DNA of 64,000 nucleotides from Lama glama. Its lineage: Eukaryota. Positions 62,846 to 64,000 of this stretch are shown here, in pieces; within the stretch, counting starts at the first letter, position 1, and every line of letters begins with the position of its first letter. The notes beneath the pieces are model-generated. The model saw only the letters and a list, made by a program, of their open reading frames with translations. It was not told the origin of the DNA and did not search any database. The stretch is taken from assembly GCA_028534125.1 (NCBI GenBank), contig CM052832.1, positions 12,030,001-12,094,000 on the forward strand, written 5' to 3'. A program made the translations under genes and the position numbers.

Positions 62846-64000
62846 AGTAAAACCAGTTTCCTTTAAAAAGGAAATGGATTTATGAAGCTCAGAATTTTTA
62901 CCAAGCTGGAAGAAATTTTCAGGACTTAAGTGTGGGTCCAGCTGGCCTGAGGTATTCCTAATGGAAACAACAAGGTATGTGGCTATAAAATTTACTGTGT
63001 CATTTCCTTCACCCCAGAAGGTGAACAGAATGAGACTGAAAGTCCTAGTCAGGATTAGGGAGGTGATTTCCTAAAGCACAAAATTTAATTACTTTTATAG
63101 TTTTGTGACAGAAATGAAAGATTTCATCAGTTATTGAGTTATCTAGCTTAAAAAAAAGCATTAGTAACAAAGTCTGAGGATTAGCTGAGTGTCTATATGG
63201 TAAGTGAAGAAGCACTTCTTCTTTATTATAAATTCATTAGCTATTAGTTTAAAGTGCTTCATTGTTCTTGTATTACACTAGTAAATTCTTTTTTCTTTTC
63301 TCTTGGAAGGAGACATAAATACGCAACTGCAGTGTGCATAATGATGTTCAGAGTAATGTTACCAACCAAAAAAACAAATAGCAATGTGTTGTCAGCTTCC
63401 TGGGTAGAAATGACATAAGGGGCAGACTGGTTTTATCATTTCTCGGATCCAACTGTTTAATGATTGCTGTGATATTTCTAAGTTGGAAAGAAGACAACAC
63501 AAAACTTAAAAACAGGGGGAAATTCAGATAGATATAAGATCACTTGCTTTTTCTTACTGTATAAAATTTAGATGCAGATCCTTGGAAGTTTAGTGTTTCT
63601 AACGAGAAGTCTGTTAACTATGTGTTAAAAATGTAAGCAAGCAGATTATCTCTCTGAAATAGTTGTATTAGCATTGACTCCCCACTCTCTGAAATAGGCT
63701 GTTTCAGTAGGACTTTTAGTTGATACCTATACCATAAGCTAGCTTGAGATGATCCTCTCAAGATGATGAAACAAATGAGACCACACAAAGCTATAACTCT
63801 GTCCGTAGAATTCTGGAAGCCACAATACACAAACCAACTCAGGAGGAAACAATAAGAAATAGAATGGTTCTTTTAAAATCAAAGACTACATGCTAACCTC
63901 TACTTTAAAAGAATTATTCTTTGCAAATAACTATACTTGCAAATTAAGTATACATTTGTCCATGTGAAATGGGTTCTTTGACTAAAACTTGTCTCTGAAC

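Noticed and set aside
1437..63830. ORF-track ORFs as protein-coding genes
   Set aside because: All are short, many start at non-ATG codons, most lie in L2/L1/LTR fossils, and none resembles a protein I recognise or has a supporting exon chain.
1..64000. CRISPR array, operon or other prokaryote-type system
   Set aside because: The sequence is mammalian and repeat-laden, with no regularly spaced repeat-spacer array or dense coding structure.

Overview
Mammalian non-coding DNA, almost certainly from a camelid (camel, alpaca or llama): a tRNA-derived Vic-1-type SINE with an 18-bp TSD opens the window, and I saw no Alu, B1, Bov-A, BovB or PRE-1 elements. I found no convincing protein-coding exon, RNA gene or CpG island. 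The supplied ORFs are chance frames in repeats, unique non-coding DNA or the N gap. Roughly half the window is decayed transposons (L2, MIR, L3, L1M, MaLR/ERV LTRs, hAT elements) plus a few younger L1 3' ends with TSDs. These alternate with long, nearly repeat-free blocks (about 10-14.5, 19.8-23.7, 32.2-40.3 and 54.3-57.5 kb) that look like regulatory intronic sequence. An apparent T>A and G>C excess on the + strand (judged by eye) suggests a large intron of a + strand gene that I cannot name. A 500-N scaffold gap lies at 57581-58080. I found no new multi-gene system. The most unusual things I can see directly are two in-place micro-inversions plus a scrambled insertion within 330 bp of one L1, a G-U-rich hairpin that folds well only on the + strand, CTCF-like sites, CpG-enriched patches in ancient repeats, and several candidate non-coding exons. 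Repeat subfamily names come from remembered consensus sequences, not from a database search, and most boundaries of old repeats are approximate.
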